From positions 5,248,001 to 5,312,000 of the forward strand of contig CBDETK010000013.1 of the NCBI GenBank assembly GCA_965242865.1: a DNA stretch of 64,000 nt, written 5' to 3'. Shown here piece after piece: positions 49,951 through 59,718 of the stretch. How positions within the stretch are numbered: the first letter of the stretch is position 1; each line of letters starts with the position of its first letter. The position numbers and the translations under genes are program-made. The stretch is from Candidatus Latescibacterota bacterium. Lineage in GTDB: Bacteria > Latescibacterota > UBA2968 > UBA8231. The notes beneath the pieces were generated by a model, which saw nothing but the letters and a program-made list of their open reading frames with translations, had not been told where the DNA came from and ran no database searches.

Positions 49951-52900
49951 TCACGCCGCATTTTCGTAATACGGCGACGGCACTGTTGGGTAGGCGCGGA
50001 ACACGTGCCGGAATAGGTCGTCCGTCTTGGTTTTGACTTCGGCTTCCGAGTAATCACCTGTGGGTAAGCCGGTTTCGTCGCTCCACAGGAAATCATAGAT
50101 CGCAACATGGACAGCATCCCGGGTCGCTTGCTTGTCGCGCCACTGGCTCACGCGCAGCTTCTCGGCCTTCAGCGTTTTCAGCAATTTGACGGCGACTTGC
50201 TTGATCCGCTCGCGCTTCGGTGCGCTCAGGTTCGATTTCTGCAACAGATCGAAAATCGCCAGCGACTCCTCGTCCAAGCCCTCGCGGGCCGCCCGACTCT
50301 CCTCCTGATCCAGCTCCTGAACCAAATCGAGTAACTCCTCAAAGGTCTGTTCGATGGTCGGGCGATCTTTCTCGCGGTTGTAGGCCGCGACGATTGCTTC
50401 GTAGCGCTGCTGGAAATCCGTGCGTAGTGGGTTCCGCTCCAGCATGCGCTGGAGTTTCTTTTGTATGGTGTCCTTGAGTTGCTGCACGTCGGTGCGCTGG
50501 CGGGCACTGTGCCTGAACTCCTGCTTGAGCCGCTCAAAGTCAATGCGGCTGATGTCGTAGAGGGACTGTCCGGCCACTGTGCCCGGCTGCACCTCAACCG
50601 CTTCACTCGCCACCTCGTGCAACGCACGGAGGATGTCGCTGATGTCGGCCCGGTCCCGGTCCCGTTGCAGGCTCTTGTAAATGATGTCAATGGCGTCTCG
50701 GTCCGTGCGGTGGTCGTTGACAACGGAGGCGTTGATGCACGCCCGGAACTTCCTGAACACCTCGCGGCACATCACCTCAAAACGCCGGCGGGTCTCGTCG
50801 TTCTCGTTGACGACCTCCTTGCAGGAGACGATGGCGGCGTTGCGCCCAAAGCCAGTTTGGCCGATGACGTCGTCGAGCGGCACACCGCCTCTAGCGAGAA
50901 AATCGCGCATCAGCGCAATCGCCTCGGCCAAGTCGGCAAGCAGGTCCTCTTCCGGCTTGGCAGGGTCCATTGCGTGGCCTTCACCGCCCGGTTCTGCGCC
51001 GGCAAAGGTCGCCAGTGCATGACGCAGATGCTTGAGGATGCCGCAGTAATCCACGATCAGCCCGTTGTTTTTGCCTTCGTTCACTCGGTTGGCGCGGGCA
51101 ATGGCCTGCATCAGCGTGTGTGCCTTGAGCGGCTTGTCGAGGTAGAGCGTGGAGAGGCAGGGCACGTCAAAGCCAGTCAGCCACATGGCGCAGACCATGG
51201 CGATGCGGAACGGATGCGCTGGCTCCTTGAAGGCATCGTCGAGATCCATGCGCTGCTTGTTGCGGAACGCTGGCTCGTCGCGCAGGGACGCGGGCAGTTC
51301 CATGCCCTCCTTGATGAGCCGACGGTGCGGTATAATATCCAAGCCCACCTCGTCGAACTTCTCCACCTCGCCCTGTTCCTCGCTCACCACAACGGCCATG
51401 CGCGTCTCGCGCATCCATGCGATCTGCTTTTCGGTCTGTTCGTCCTGTGTCCGCTCAAGCTCGGCTTCCAGTTCATTGGCGTACTCGTTCCAATAGAACT
51501 CAATCAGCCGGTGCATCCGCACACAGGTGATCTTGTCGATGCAGATCAGCATGGCCTTGCCGGTCTCCCAAGCGGTCGAATAATGCCGCACGAAATCCCG
51601 CGCAATCTGATCGAGCCGCTGTTTAGCAGTGATGACATGGTAGTCTTGTGCAAGTGCCTGCTCCAAGCGCTGCTGCACGTCAATATCGTCGATTTCAAGC
51701 TCCTCTAATTTCGCGGCGATGCGCTCGTTCAGGTCGCCGATGGCCACCTCTAGTTTGTCGCCGCGGGCGTCGTAGTAGAGCGGCACAGTGGCCTCGTCTT
51801 CTACGGCGCGTTGGAAGTCGTAGGTGGAGACGTACTCGCCAAAGACCCGCCGCGTGAGTTCGTCGTCCTTGAACAGCGGCGTCCCGGTGAAGCCGATATA
51901 GCTGGCGTTGGGCAGGGCGGTGTGCATGTTACTCGCGAGCGTACCGTACTGAGTGCGGTGCGCTTCGTCCGAGACGACGATGAGGTCGTCGCGGTCGGTG
52001 TACGCCGCGCTGGGATTCGCGTTGAACTTCTGAATCAGCGAAAAGACGTATGCCTTGTGCTCGGTCAAAAGCTGGCTCAGGTGGCGTCCATCGGACGCTC
52101 GGCAAGGATCGCGGTCGTGATTTACTACATCACAGCCGGCGAAGGTCTTGTAGATTTGGCTGTCGAGGTCGTCGCGGTCGGTTAGCACTAGAAAGGTAAA
52201 ATTGCCGCCTAACTTGCGACGCACCTTGCGGGTGAACATCACCATGGAGTAGCTCTTGCCCGCGCCCTGCGTGTGCCAGAAAACGCCGAGTTTGCCACTG
52301 CGCGTTTTGCGCTGGCGCACGGCTTCAACGGCGCGGTTCACCCCCAAGAACTGGTGGTTGCGAGCGAGGATTTTCCTCGTCGTACCGGACGACTCGTCGA
52401 AGAGGATGAAGTTCTCCACGAGATCCATGAAATCGCGCTTGTCGCAGACGCCCTTGAGCAGCGTCTCCATATCCACGACGCCCGGTTCCTCTTCCTCCAG
52501 CCGCTTCCACTCGTGGAAATGCTCCCACTGGCTGGTGATAGAGCCGATCTTCGCCTGCTCGCCGTTGCCGAACATCACTACTGAGTTGTGGTGAAAGAGA
52601 TAGGGGATGGTGGTTTTGTAATCCGAAAAGTTTTGATCGAAAGCGGCCTTGAGGTTGCGGTGGATGTTCTTGCACTCAATGAACAGCAGGGGCAGGCCGT
52701 TGACAAAGCCCACGATGTCGGCTCGCCGGCGGTAGAGGTCGCCGCGCACCCACAACTCGCGCACACAGAGAAAGCGGTTGTTCTCCGGCGTCTCAAAGTC
52801 AAAGACCTTTAGCCGCTGCCGCACCCGCTCGTCCTTGTCGTTGTGGAAGGTAACCGGGACGCCATCGCGCAGCAGGTCGTATTGCTTGCGGTTGGCGGCG

Positions 52901-53169
52901 ACGAAAGTCTGCGAAGCGGCGGTGGCGGTAATCTGCTGCACGGCGTCGTCATAAGCGGCGTCCGGCAGGCCCGGATTTAGCGAGCGCAGCGTAGCGTGTA
53001 GATGGCGAGTCAGCACTACCTCGCGGTCGGAAGTGCGGCCCAGCAGGCTGGTTGGGCCGAAGTCTTCACTGTTGTAGGCGTAGATGGCTTCCCAGCCGAG
53101 TCGGTGTTCTAAATAATCGGCCGTGGTCTGCTGGACGAGGATGTCTTCAGTGTAGGGCGCGGGGGTCAT
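49951..53169 (-). CDS. hsdR: Type I restriction endonuclease subunit R
   Basis: RADIVGFVNGLPLLFIECK, WHTQGAGKS, DEAHRTQYG, FTGTP, LTGFD, QAIARANR; start ATG 53169. Confidence 0.95.
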   Translation of the reverse strand: MTPAPYTEDILVQQTTADYLEHRLGWEAIYAYNSEDFGPTSLLGRTSDREVVLTRHLHATLRSLNPGLPDAAYDDAVQQITATAASQTFVAANRKQYDLLRDGVPVTFHNDKDERVRQRLKVFDFETPENNRFLCVRELWVRGDLYRRRADIVGFVNGLPLLFIECKNIHRNLKAAFDQNFSDYKTTIPYLFHHNSVVMFGNGEQAKIGSITSQWEHFHEWKRLEEEEPGVVDMETLLKGVCDKRDFMDLVENFILFDESSGTTRKILARNHQFLGVNRAVEAVRQRKTRSGKLGVFWHTQGAGKSYSMVMFTRKVRRKLGGNFTFLVLTDRDDLDSQIYKTFAGCDVVNHDRDPCRASDGRHLSQLLTEHKAYVFSLIQKFNANPSAAYTDRDDLIVVSDEAHRTQYGTLASNMHTALPNASYIGFTGTPLFKDDELTRRVFGEYVSTYDFQRAVEDEATVPLYYDARGDKLEVAIGDLNERIAAKLEELEIDDIDVQQRLEQALAQDYHVITAKQRLDQIARDFVRHYSTAWETGKAMLICIDKITCVRMHRLIEFYWNEYANELEAELERTQDEQTEKQIAWMRETRMAVVVSEEQGEVEKFDEVGLDIIPHRRLIKEGMELPASLRDEPAFRNKQRMDLDDAFKEPAHPFRIAMVCAMWLTGFDVPCLSTLYLDKPLKAHTLMQAIARANRVNEGKNNGLIVDYCGILKHLRHALATFAGAEPGGEGHAMDPAKPEEDLLADLAEAIALMRDFLARGGVPLDDVIGQTGFGRNAAIVSCKEVVNENDETRRRFEVMCREVFRKFRACINASVVNDHRTDRDAIDIIYKSLQRDRDRADISDILRALHEVASEAVEVQPGTVAGQSLYDISRIDFERLKQEFRHSARQRTDVQQLKDTIQKKLQRMLERNPLRTDFQQRYEAIVAAYNREKDRPTIEQTFEELLDLVQELDQEESRAAREGLDEESLAIFDLLQKSNLSAPKRERIKQVAVKLLKTLKAEKLRVSQWRDKQATRDAVHVAIYDFLWSDETGLPTGDYSEAEVKTKTDDLFRHVFRAYPTVPSPYYENAA

Positions 53170-54448
53170 TGGGGCTGCCAAACGAGTAGGGCTTGCGATC
53201 CTGCGGCGGCACGACCTCCGGTACTTGAATACGACACAGAGGTTTTGTTGTTGGTAGGCTCTTTGTGGGACGGCCAAGATGATAGGCGGAGATAATTTCT
53301 TCCTTTATTAACCCTTTATGACCAGAACGTACAGGAGGCAGCAATCTATCGTTGATGGGATCGCTGAATCGGTCAAAAAGTGTAAAGCCCTTCTCCTCCA
53401 AAATTGTGTGTAGAATATTCCAAGTACATATTCTGAAACCTCCGACAAGGTTGTCTCCACATACAACTACTAGGCAAGCATTCTGCTTCAATGACTCCTT
53501 CACTGCGTCGAATGCATTACTCATGTCGTAAAAATAGCGATGGACAACGGCACAAAGCCGAGGTGTGCTGGTTTTTAATCGCCTCAACTCCGGTATCAAT
53601 GCGAGATCTCTCTCGATAGATTCCTGAGAAACTCGTTCCAATAATTGACCTCGTTCCGTCCCTACGAAGCGTTCCCGAAGGTTGCTCACTTTGAAGGGCA
53701 AGATACCTTCCAACAGGTATAGCTCCAGCTTGAAGTTTCGGAAGTAGTCCTGTGCGTTTATGTAAGGTGGAGAGGTTATAGCATGGGAGTGTCTCTCTAG
53801 GCCATCAAACTGACGACGAGGATCGCAGACATCAGCACAAACAAAACGAAAACGAGTGTTCTCTTGCCGATCGACACCATAGAGTGCTGAAAGCTGTTCC
53901 AATAGTTCAAGGATAATTCGGTTTGGATCGAAATGCCGGCCAGTTCTTGAGCGCCGGGCTTCCTGCGATATGAAAGGTTTTGGGCTGCGCTGATCGGCTC
54001 TGGAGCATAGTCTAACAGCGAGGGTGTAACTGAGAAGGACAGCCCAGCCTTCGGGATTGTTTCTGAGAGGAATAATCTTACTCGCGGCTCTCAATCGCTC
54101 GAACTTGTTAAGAGTACCCCGCGTAAACCAGTAGTCCTTTCTACTCCAATCAACTGGTAGAGGCTCAATGGGTCCCTCTGCCTCCGAGATCCATGCCCTG
54201 CCAAGTCTTAGAGCACGAGTGGGATCGAATCCCTTGATCTTTACTCGACAAAACAATTCTGAGATCGGATTCAGATCAACGCCGGAAACGGGAAGTCCAG
54301 CTTGATTGGCAGCAACGAGGATGGCACCCGATCCGCAGAACGGATCAAAAATAGAATCAGCCTCAGAGGCGTACCGTTGAATCAAGCGTTTGGCTAGCTT
54401 GGACACCATTTTGGCAGGGTAGCGGTCCAGTTTTGTGGGCAATCTCAT
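53147..54448 (-). CDS. DNA methyltransferase (alpha order, SPPY; probably m4C)
   Basis: YPAKM, FDPFCGSG, ITSPPY, VVCGD. Confidence 0.85.
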   Translation of the reverse strand: MRLPTKLDRYPAKMVSKLAKRLIQRYASEADSIFDPFCGSGAILVAANQAGLPVSGVDLNPISELFCRVKIKGFDPTRALRLGRAWISEAEGPIEPLPVDWSRKDYWFTRGTLNKFERLRAASKIIPLRNNPEGWAVLLSYTLAVRLCSRADQRSPKPFISQEARRSRTGRHFDPNRIILELLEQLSALYGVDRQENTRFRFVCADVCDPRRQFDGLERHSHAITSPPYINAQDYFRNFKLELYLLEGILPFKVSNLRERFVGTERGQLLERVSQESIERDLALIPELRRLKTSTPRLCAVVHRYFYDMSNAFDAVKESLKQNACLVVVCGDNLVGGFRICTWNILHTILEEKGFTLFDRFSDPINDRLLPPVRSGHKGLIKEEIISAYHLGRPTKSLPTTKPLCRIQVPEVVPPQDRKPYSFGSPNDPRALH

Positions 54449-55401
54449 TTGTCGTCAGCCGTCTTCAGGATCCAAGTCTTACCGAGTCCTCTAGAAAAGA
54501 AAGCATGATTGTGCCGTAGCGGGCCGGCATAGACGATTGCTGGTGGGTCGTCTGATTCCCTGATGTAGTTATAGACACCTAAAGTCTGTGGCTTGGTCCC
54601 GAGTGGACAGATAATCCTCGCAAAATCATCTCTCCTAGACTTTGACTTTCCGAGAACATCTATGAGAGTCTCAGTTGTAGCGTCTGGATCGAGCGCATCG
54701 ATTTTGCGAACTGCTTGTTCGTCAACCAAGGATAGAAGGTCACGGTTGAACTGCTCGGTTCTTCCCGTCCAGCTTGGTTGGTATGGAGGATCTGGCACCG
54801 CTAGGGTCGTCTTCATCGGCTGGATGTGTTCATAGACCGCCAACGCCCGATCACCTTCATACCCCAAGAACATCATCAGGTGAACGGGCCTACTGAGATC
54901 TGGGCACGCAGAAAAACCGGGGATTTGCTGGAGGGAAGCGAGTCCGAATGAGAGAGGAATGTATTGAGAAACTAGATAATCACCTGGCTCACTATACACG
55001 ATGTATAGTCGGCTCCAAAGATTATAGTCATCAAGCCATCTCAGCATCATAAGCAGATGCCGTTTTGTAAAAACGGATATATCAATTACGATAGCACTAT
55101 AGTCTGCACGATCTATAGTACGCCGAAGATGCTGCATGTTATCGCGAAGGCTACTGACCGCATCCGATTCGGTGAACTGGAGAACCGTCACCCGAGAAGC
55201 CATATTCTGAAACTCGGACTCCATGAGGCGATGGTTCCCTTCACGGATAGGGTTAGTGTCATCGTAGTGGAAGAAAACTACTTCGTCCAGCGACCAACTC
55301 TGGACATGGGACAGTAATCCCTTACATCGGTCTTCGTGACTGGAACATGTAACAAGAACTGCTCGATCTGGTAAGTCTCCTAATCTAAGTTGTCGTTTCA
55401 C
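54445..55401 (-). CDS. Hypothetical protein, possible divergent Rossmann/CARF-like fold
   Basis: SHEDR, IDISVFTK, YSEPGDY, FLGYEGDR, PLGTKP motifs; 4-nt overlaps with both neighbours. Confidence 0.6.
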   Translation of the reverse strand: MKRQLRLGDLPDRAVLVTCSSHEDRCKGLLSHVQSWSLDEVVFFHYDDTNPIREGNHRLMESEFQNMASRVTVLQFTESDAVSSLRDNMQHLRRTIDRADYSAIVIDISVFTKRHLLMMLRWLDDYNLWSRLYIVYSEPGDYLVSQYIPLSFGLASLQQIPGFSACPDLSRPVHLMMFLGYEGDRALAVYEHIQPMKTTLAVPDPPYQPSWTGRTEQFNRDLLSLVDEQAVRKIDALDPDATTETLIDVLGKSKSRRDDFARIICPLGTKPQTLGVYNYIRESDDPPAIVYAGPLRHNHAFFSRGLGKTWILKTADDK

Positions 55402-57683
55402 TCGCGGCCTCCCGGTGGAAAGGGTAGATTGCCTTGCACCTCTCTGGGTTTCGCTACTCCGGGTTTCTCTACAGTGTTCTTTAATTCTCGAATCGCTTGA
55501 GCCCTCTTACCAGGCTGAAGTAAACGCTGCAAGTGCCTGCATTTTACGTTAGTTCTCCAGCGGAGTCGTGGACTGATCTGGAGAACAGGCGCGTAAACTC
55601 GACAGATATTGAATTCCGTGGGTTGAGGATCGGACCCGTGTTTCGGCTTGAATGCAGGACGCCCCTCCTTAGTCTGAAACACTCCTTCTCTCTCCCCGAC
55701 TGCGAGGATGCGCTTCAGCATCTTCATTGTGTCTTCTTCCAACATCTCAGGGTCCTTTATCGTTAGACGCGCCGCTTCCGGTTCGCTTGTATGCTTGAGT
55801 AATTTATGCCTCAAACAATCACCGAGGTCTAGTAGGAAATACTTAAGCTCTTCGCCATGTCGCTCTACATTTTTGCTAAGTGTAGTAAGGTTGTGTTGAG
55901 AGACGATATGGACAGCCTGGGATTGTTGCTCTGGTGGGAGAATAAGAACGCCTTGAGGAGGAGGATCAGCTTTGAATGTAAGATGATAGCCCACACTCAA
56001 AAACTCTTGAAAATAGCGGATTACTCCAGATCCCAAAAGTGCAAGTTCTTTGAACCCTGCGAACCGTTTCTCAGCATGGCGTCCGGGCCTTCCAATAAGG
56101 ACCCGATAGGTCGCTGCTTCACCATAGTACGTTTTCTTTTCGCGTTGCTTTTCGTTTGGTAAATTCTCAAATTCCTCAAGAGTGATCTTATGGAGCTTTA
56201 CCACTTCTGCTAACCACAAGGACTCATCGACTTCGGAATCGCGGAAACGAGGAAGGAGTTTATCCACATCAACCGACTGAGAGCTTTCAAGCTTAGCCAT
56301 GTTTGATACGATATGGCTCAGTAGTTCATAATAGGCTTTTCGTTCAGCCGGGACTTCGACGTTGTAAACTAATGGCACTCTTGTATAGTCGTGAATCTCT
56401 TGTAGATCCTGACCTGTCGTGGTTCCCGGTATATCTTCACTAGCAAGTTTCTTGGCAATTTTGATTGAGATATGCGGAGGACCAAGTTTGAGCAGACTAT
56501 TGACTATTCGCCTCTGATAGGGGAAGAGATTCTCATACTCGTCAAGCAAAACAACGAACATCGACTTTTCGAGCGACGGAGTGTGGTGGCGTACTAAAGA
56601 TATGACACGTTTTAGTTGCTCCAGATCAAGAGTAGCTATCGGGACCGAGGCGGAGTCCCCATAAATGAACCTACGGCGAATGAAATCAGCTAGCTTTTTG
56701 TGCATATCTGAGAGTTTGATTTGCAGTTCGACGAACGAGATAGCCTTATGCCCATTGGAATCGAACAGCAGTTCGTCCGCCGCTTCGCAGAAGTTCCGTT
56801 CGACAAGTCGGTCATGATTGATCAAGGCGTGCTCAACGCAGTACACCAGTTCCGATAACAGACTCTCCGTTATCTGTAGATACAGTTCTTGTGCAGCCAC
56901 GTCTCTGAGGACGGCGGTGTGAATAGTTGAATCTAGGTGTTCGTCCTCAAGAGGGACTCCCGCATTGCAGATTGCCCCGCGGGTGAGCTTCAAGTAAAAA
57001 CCGAAGCGTTGAGGTGCGTCTTCTTCGCCGGGGCTCCGTTGTAGAAAATTACGAGCGCGTAAAGACAGCAAGAGCATTGACTTACCTGTACCTCTCGATC
57101 CTTCGAGAATGCACGGTTTCATGTCCTCAAGTGCTCCGACTTTTATCGCGTCTGGTAAAGCGAAGGTCTTTGCGTAGAGTTCGGGCTGATACTCGAAGAA
57201 TTCAGCTCTAAGATGGCGGAAGGGATTTTTTGAATTGGGAGTAAAAGCCTCGGCAACCAAAGACGAGGTTGTCTGTTCGCTGAATAGTACGTCGCAGATG
57301 CCTTCCACTAACTTCCTTAGGGATTCTTGGTCGCTTTGTATCAGCTTCCCATACACCTTAAGACCAAGTATAGGTGGTATCGGTGTATCGTCTAGACGGA
57401 CGACAATACATTTCCCACCAGATTGAGAAACTTGGTTCCAAACTGCGGCATCGATTTCAAGGTTCTGCCAATTCGCGCCAGCGGTGTGCTTGGAGAAGAG
57501 AATAATGACTACAGCGGCATCTGCGATTCCATCGTTCATAAAGGCAATGGCGTTGTCCCCAAGACTAAGGTCTTGGGTGTCGATCTTAGTCTCATGGCCG
57601 GCATTGCGCAGATGCTCTGCCAACTCTGTTGCAATTTCCTCATCTGGGGTGGCATGTGAAATGAAGATATGCTTGATACTCAT
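55398..57683 (-). CDS. TIR domain + ORC/CDC6-like (STAND-related) NTPase
   Basis: IFISHA...W..LE (TIR); NPF..RAE, GSRGTGKS (Walker A), LLDEYEN (Walker B), SG.IRYF.E; AAGGAG RBS. Confidence 0.78.
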   Translation of the reverse strand: MSIKHIFISHATPDEEIATELAEHLRNAGHETKIDTQDLSLGDNAIAFMNDGIADAAVVIILFSKHTAGANWQNLEIDAAVWNQVSQSGGKCIVVRLDDTPIPPILGLKVYGKLIQSDQESLRKLVEGICDVLFSEQTTSSLVAEAFTPNSKNPFRHLRAEFFEYQPELYAKTFALPDAIKVGALEDMKPCILEGSRGTGKSMLLLSLRARNFLQRSPGEEDAPQRFGFYLKLTRGAICNAGVPLEDEHLDSTIHTAVLRDVAAQELYLQITESLLSELVYCVEHALINHDRLVERNFCEAADELLFDSNGHKAISFVELQIKLSDMHKKLADFIRRRFIYGDSASVPIATLDLEQLKRVISLVRHHTPSLEKSMFVVLLDEYENLFPYQRRIVNSLLKLGPPHISIKIAKKLASEDIPGTTTGQDLQEIHDYTRVPLVYNVEVPAERKAYYELLSHIVSNMAKLESSQSVDVDKLLPRFRDSEVDESLWLAEVVKLHKITLEEFENLPNEKQREKKTYYGEAATYRVLIGRPGRHAEKRFAGFKELALLGSGVIRYFQEFLSVGYHLTFKADPPPQGVLILPPEQQSQAVHIVSQHNLTTLSKNVERHGEELKYFLLDLGDCLRHKLLKHTSEPEAARLTIKDPEMLEEDTMKMLKRILAVGEREGVFQTKEGRPAFKPKHGSDPQPTEFNICRVYAPVLQISPRLRWRTNVKCRHLQRLLQPGKRAQAIRELKNTVEKPGVAKPREVQGNLPFPPGGRE

Positions 57684-57779
57684 ACTCTGTCAGACTCCTT
57701 ACCTTTCGTAGTAAGCGGTTTCATAACTAGCGTCGGGCCGCCTCAAGGAGCGTCCAACACCTTCGCGTTGACGCATTTT

Positions 57780-58952
57780 TCATCGGACGCGACGCTTTTG
57801 ATTCAACGTTTTTTCTGCGCATAACGAACCGAATCCGGCTACCAAACGCGGCAGAAGCAGGTCGCGGGCTTGGGTGAGTTGTAATATTCCCTGCTTCAAA
57901 CAACGCACTTGCCGAATAATATCGCCAGCCAATCTCCGAAACTCGAAAACCAAAGACTCCGCTGGGACGATAATATCCATCTGACGAAATCTTCCCTTGC
58001 TTATTTCGGGATACGTCGTACCCTTCGCGTTGCTTCGGATCTCGGAGACCCGACTCATCAGGTTAAAAAGCAGGAACATCCTCATCGCCTCATCGTGAGG
58101 AATGATATTGATAAATCCTTGATTAGTACAGGATTCAACATCCATAAGCGCGAAAAACCCCACGGATGCCCGGCTCGTCATCAGGATAGTGTTCGCCGGA
58201 ACCAGTTGTGCAGACGATTCACGAAGTCCTTTCTCGGTAATCTTGCGTTCCGAGTCAAGTAGGACCAAGCAGTCGTTTCTGGTAACGTCTGTTGGAACGA
58301 CCCAAGTGATGTCGCCTTCCCAATACTCTGCCACTCTGGTGGATGGAGTGCCACCTCCAACAGTATCACATACGTCGGCTATTTTTTTCTTTTCCCACCC
58401 CTCCGGCACACCGTCCTCGACCTTGATGTGCTCATGGCCGGGGAAGCGAAGGTGAACAAACCATTCCTTATAGAGCAGCCGCGCCGCCTGCTCCAGTAAC
58501 TGAATCCGCCGCCGATTGTTCTCTATCAGGTCGTCGTAAGCGGAAAGGATGGAGGCAACGCGCTTTTGCTCGCATAGAACAGGCACTTCAAGCGAAAGCG
58601 TGTCTAATACATTGCGATTCAGCGTCGGAACAGACACGCCGCCGTTGAAGCGTTCAAGATGTAGAGTTTGGAGTTTATAGTAAACGAACTGTGGGTCATT
58701 GCCCTTGAAGTCTCTGACCCAGAGTACCGTATTGTGAGGCCAGTATGGTTGGTTGATGTACTGAACTCGTCCTAGAGTGCCGGACCTTCCTGTCACAACC
58801 CCCGGAGGTTCCACCTTGGCTTCACTGTGAAAACCGATCACACTGTGGGATCCGAGAACCGGAACATCGCCATCGTCCATCTGGGACTTAGGCAGGTCGA
58901 ACCCTCTCTGTAGAGTCACAAAGTCCTTAAATAGAAGACGCTTCCTGTTCAT
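57780..58952 (-). CDS. hsdS: Type I RM specificity subunit S
   Basis: Two TRDs; EQKRVASILSAYDDLIENNRRRIQLLE, VPEGWE, GGTPST, RDLLLPRL. Confidence 0.93.
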   Translation of the reverse strand: MNRKRLLFKDFVTLQRGFDLPKSQMDDGDVPVLGSHSVIGFHSEAKVEPPGVVTGRSGTLGRVQYINQPYWPHNTVLWVRDFKGNDPQFVYYKLQTLHLERFNGGVSVPTLNRNVLDTLSLEVPVLCEQKRVASILSAYDDLIENNRRRIQLLEQAARLLYKEWFVHLRFPGHEHIKVEDGVPEGWEKKKIADVCDTVGGGTPSTRVAEYWEGDITWVVPTDVTRNDCLVLLDSERKITEKGLRESSAQLVPANTILMTSRASVGFFALMDVESCTNQGFINIIPHDEAMRMFLLFNLMSRVSEIRSNAKGTTYPEISKGRFRQMDIIVPAESLVFEFRRLAGDIIRQVRCLKQGILQLTQARDLLLPRLVAGFGSLCAEKTLNQKRRVR

Positions 58953-59001
58953 TCTCTGGCCTCGATCTGTTTGTACAAAACCCACCTGCAGCACTGTTTG
59001 C

Positions 59002-59193
59002 CTACTCCTCGTACATCTTAGGATCCGGTTCAATCTCAATGACCTCGCCTTTTTCCATAACCACTACCCCGGTCTTGTGCTGATGGGCAACCTTATGTGC
59101 GCGTCTGGCGGCCCGGTGTAGCGCGTTAAGGACATCCTGCGTTTCCTTATCGTCATATTGCGAGGCAGGGGTATCTCGGTTTTGTTCAGTCAC
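59002..59193 (-). CDS. Small hypothetical protein, putative partner of zeta-like ATPase
   Basis: ALHRAARRA..VA......VVV...G.V pattern; 4-nt overlap with upstream gene. Confidence 0.6.
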   Translation of the reverse strand: MTEQNRDTPASQYDDKETQDVLNALHRAARRAHKVAHQHKTGVVVMEKGEVIEIEPDPKMYEE

Positions 59194-59714
59194 AGGTTTT
59201 CTCCCTTATCAATCAATGTAGGAATACGGCCGCTATTATCAAACCGCTGCCAATAATCGACGATGGGGCGGTACGTATTCTGAAAATTCTGCAACCCGCT
59301 CGCAAAGCGGCGGCGAATAACATCCGGTGGAACGTAGTGGCCGCCTTGCCTCACGCGCAATTCAACCCGCTTGATCGCTTCTTCCGGCGTTGCCAGCGAC
59401 AGAAATATCAGCTTGACCGCATACCCGTCGCCGCGCCAGCGCGGGATCATCCGAGCATAGCCGAGACCAGACAAGGTCGTTTCAAAGGCAAAACTTCTTC
59501 GCTGCTGCACGTGATTTTTAATCTCTTCCAACATCAGCCGACCGGCGCGAAAAAGAGCGGCGTCCGGCTGAAAGGGGGACAAACCCGTTGCGATCAAGTC
59601 GGCGTTGACAAAGGCGGGACATTGCGCCTCGTGCGGCAAATGCTCCAGTGCAAAGGTCGTTTTCCCCGCACCATTGGGTCCGGCGATGATAATGATTTTC
59701 CGGTCCGCGTCCAT
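59190..59714 (-). CDS. Zeta-toxin-like P-loop ATPase
   Basis: IAGPNGAGKTTF, FVNADLIA, FAFETTLSG, RVRQGGH, FDNS. Confidence 0.85.
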   Translation of the reverse strand: MDADRKIIIIAGPNGAGKTTFALEHLPHEAQCPAFVNADLIATGLSPFQPDAALFRAGRLMLEEIKNHVQQRRSFAFETTLSGLGYARMIPRWRGDGYAVKLIFLSLATPEEAIKRVELRVRQGGHYVPPDVIRRRFASGLQNFQNTYRPIVDYWQRFDNSGRIPTLIDKGENL

Positions 59715-59718
59715 CGCC

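Noticed and set aside
55398-57683. Calling the TIR gene Thoeris, CBASS or Avs
   Set aside because: No ThsA-type SIR2/Macro partner, no cyclase, and no TPR-like sensor region evident.
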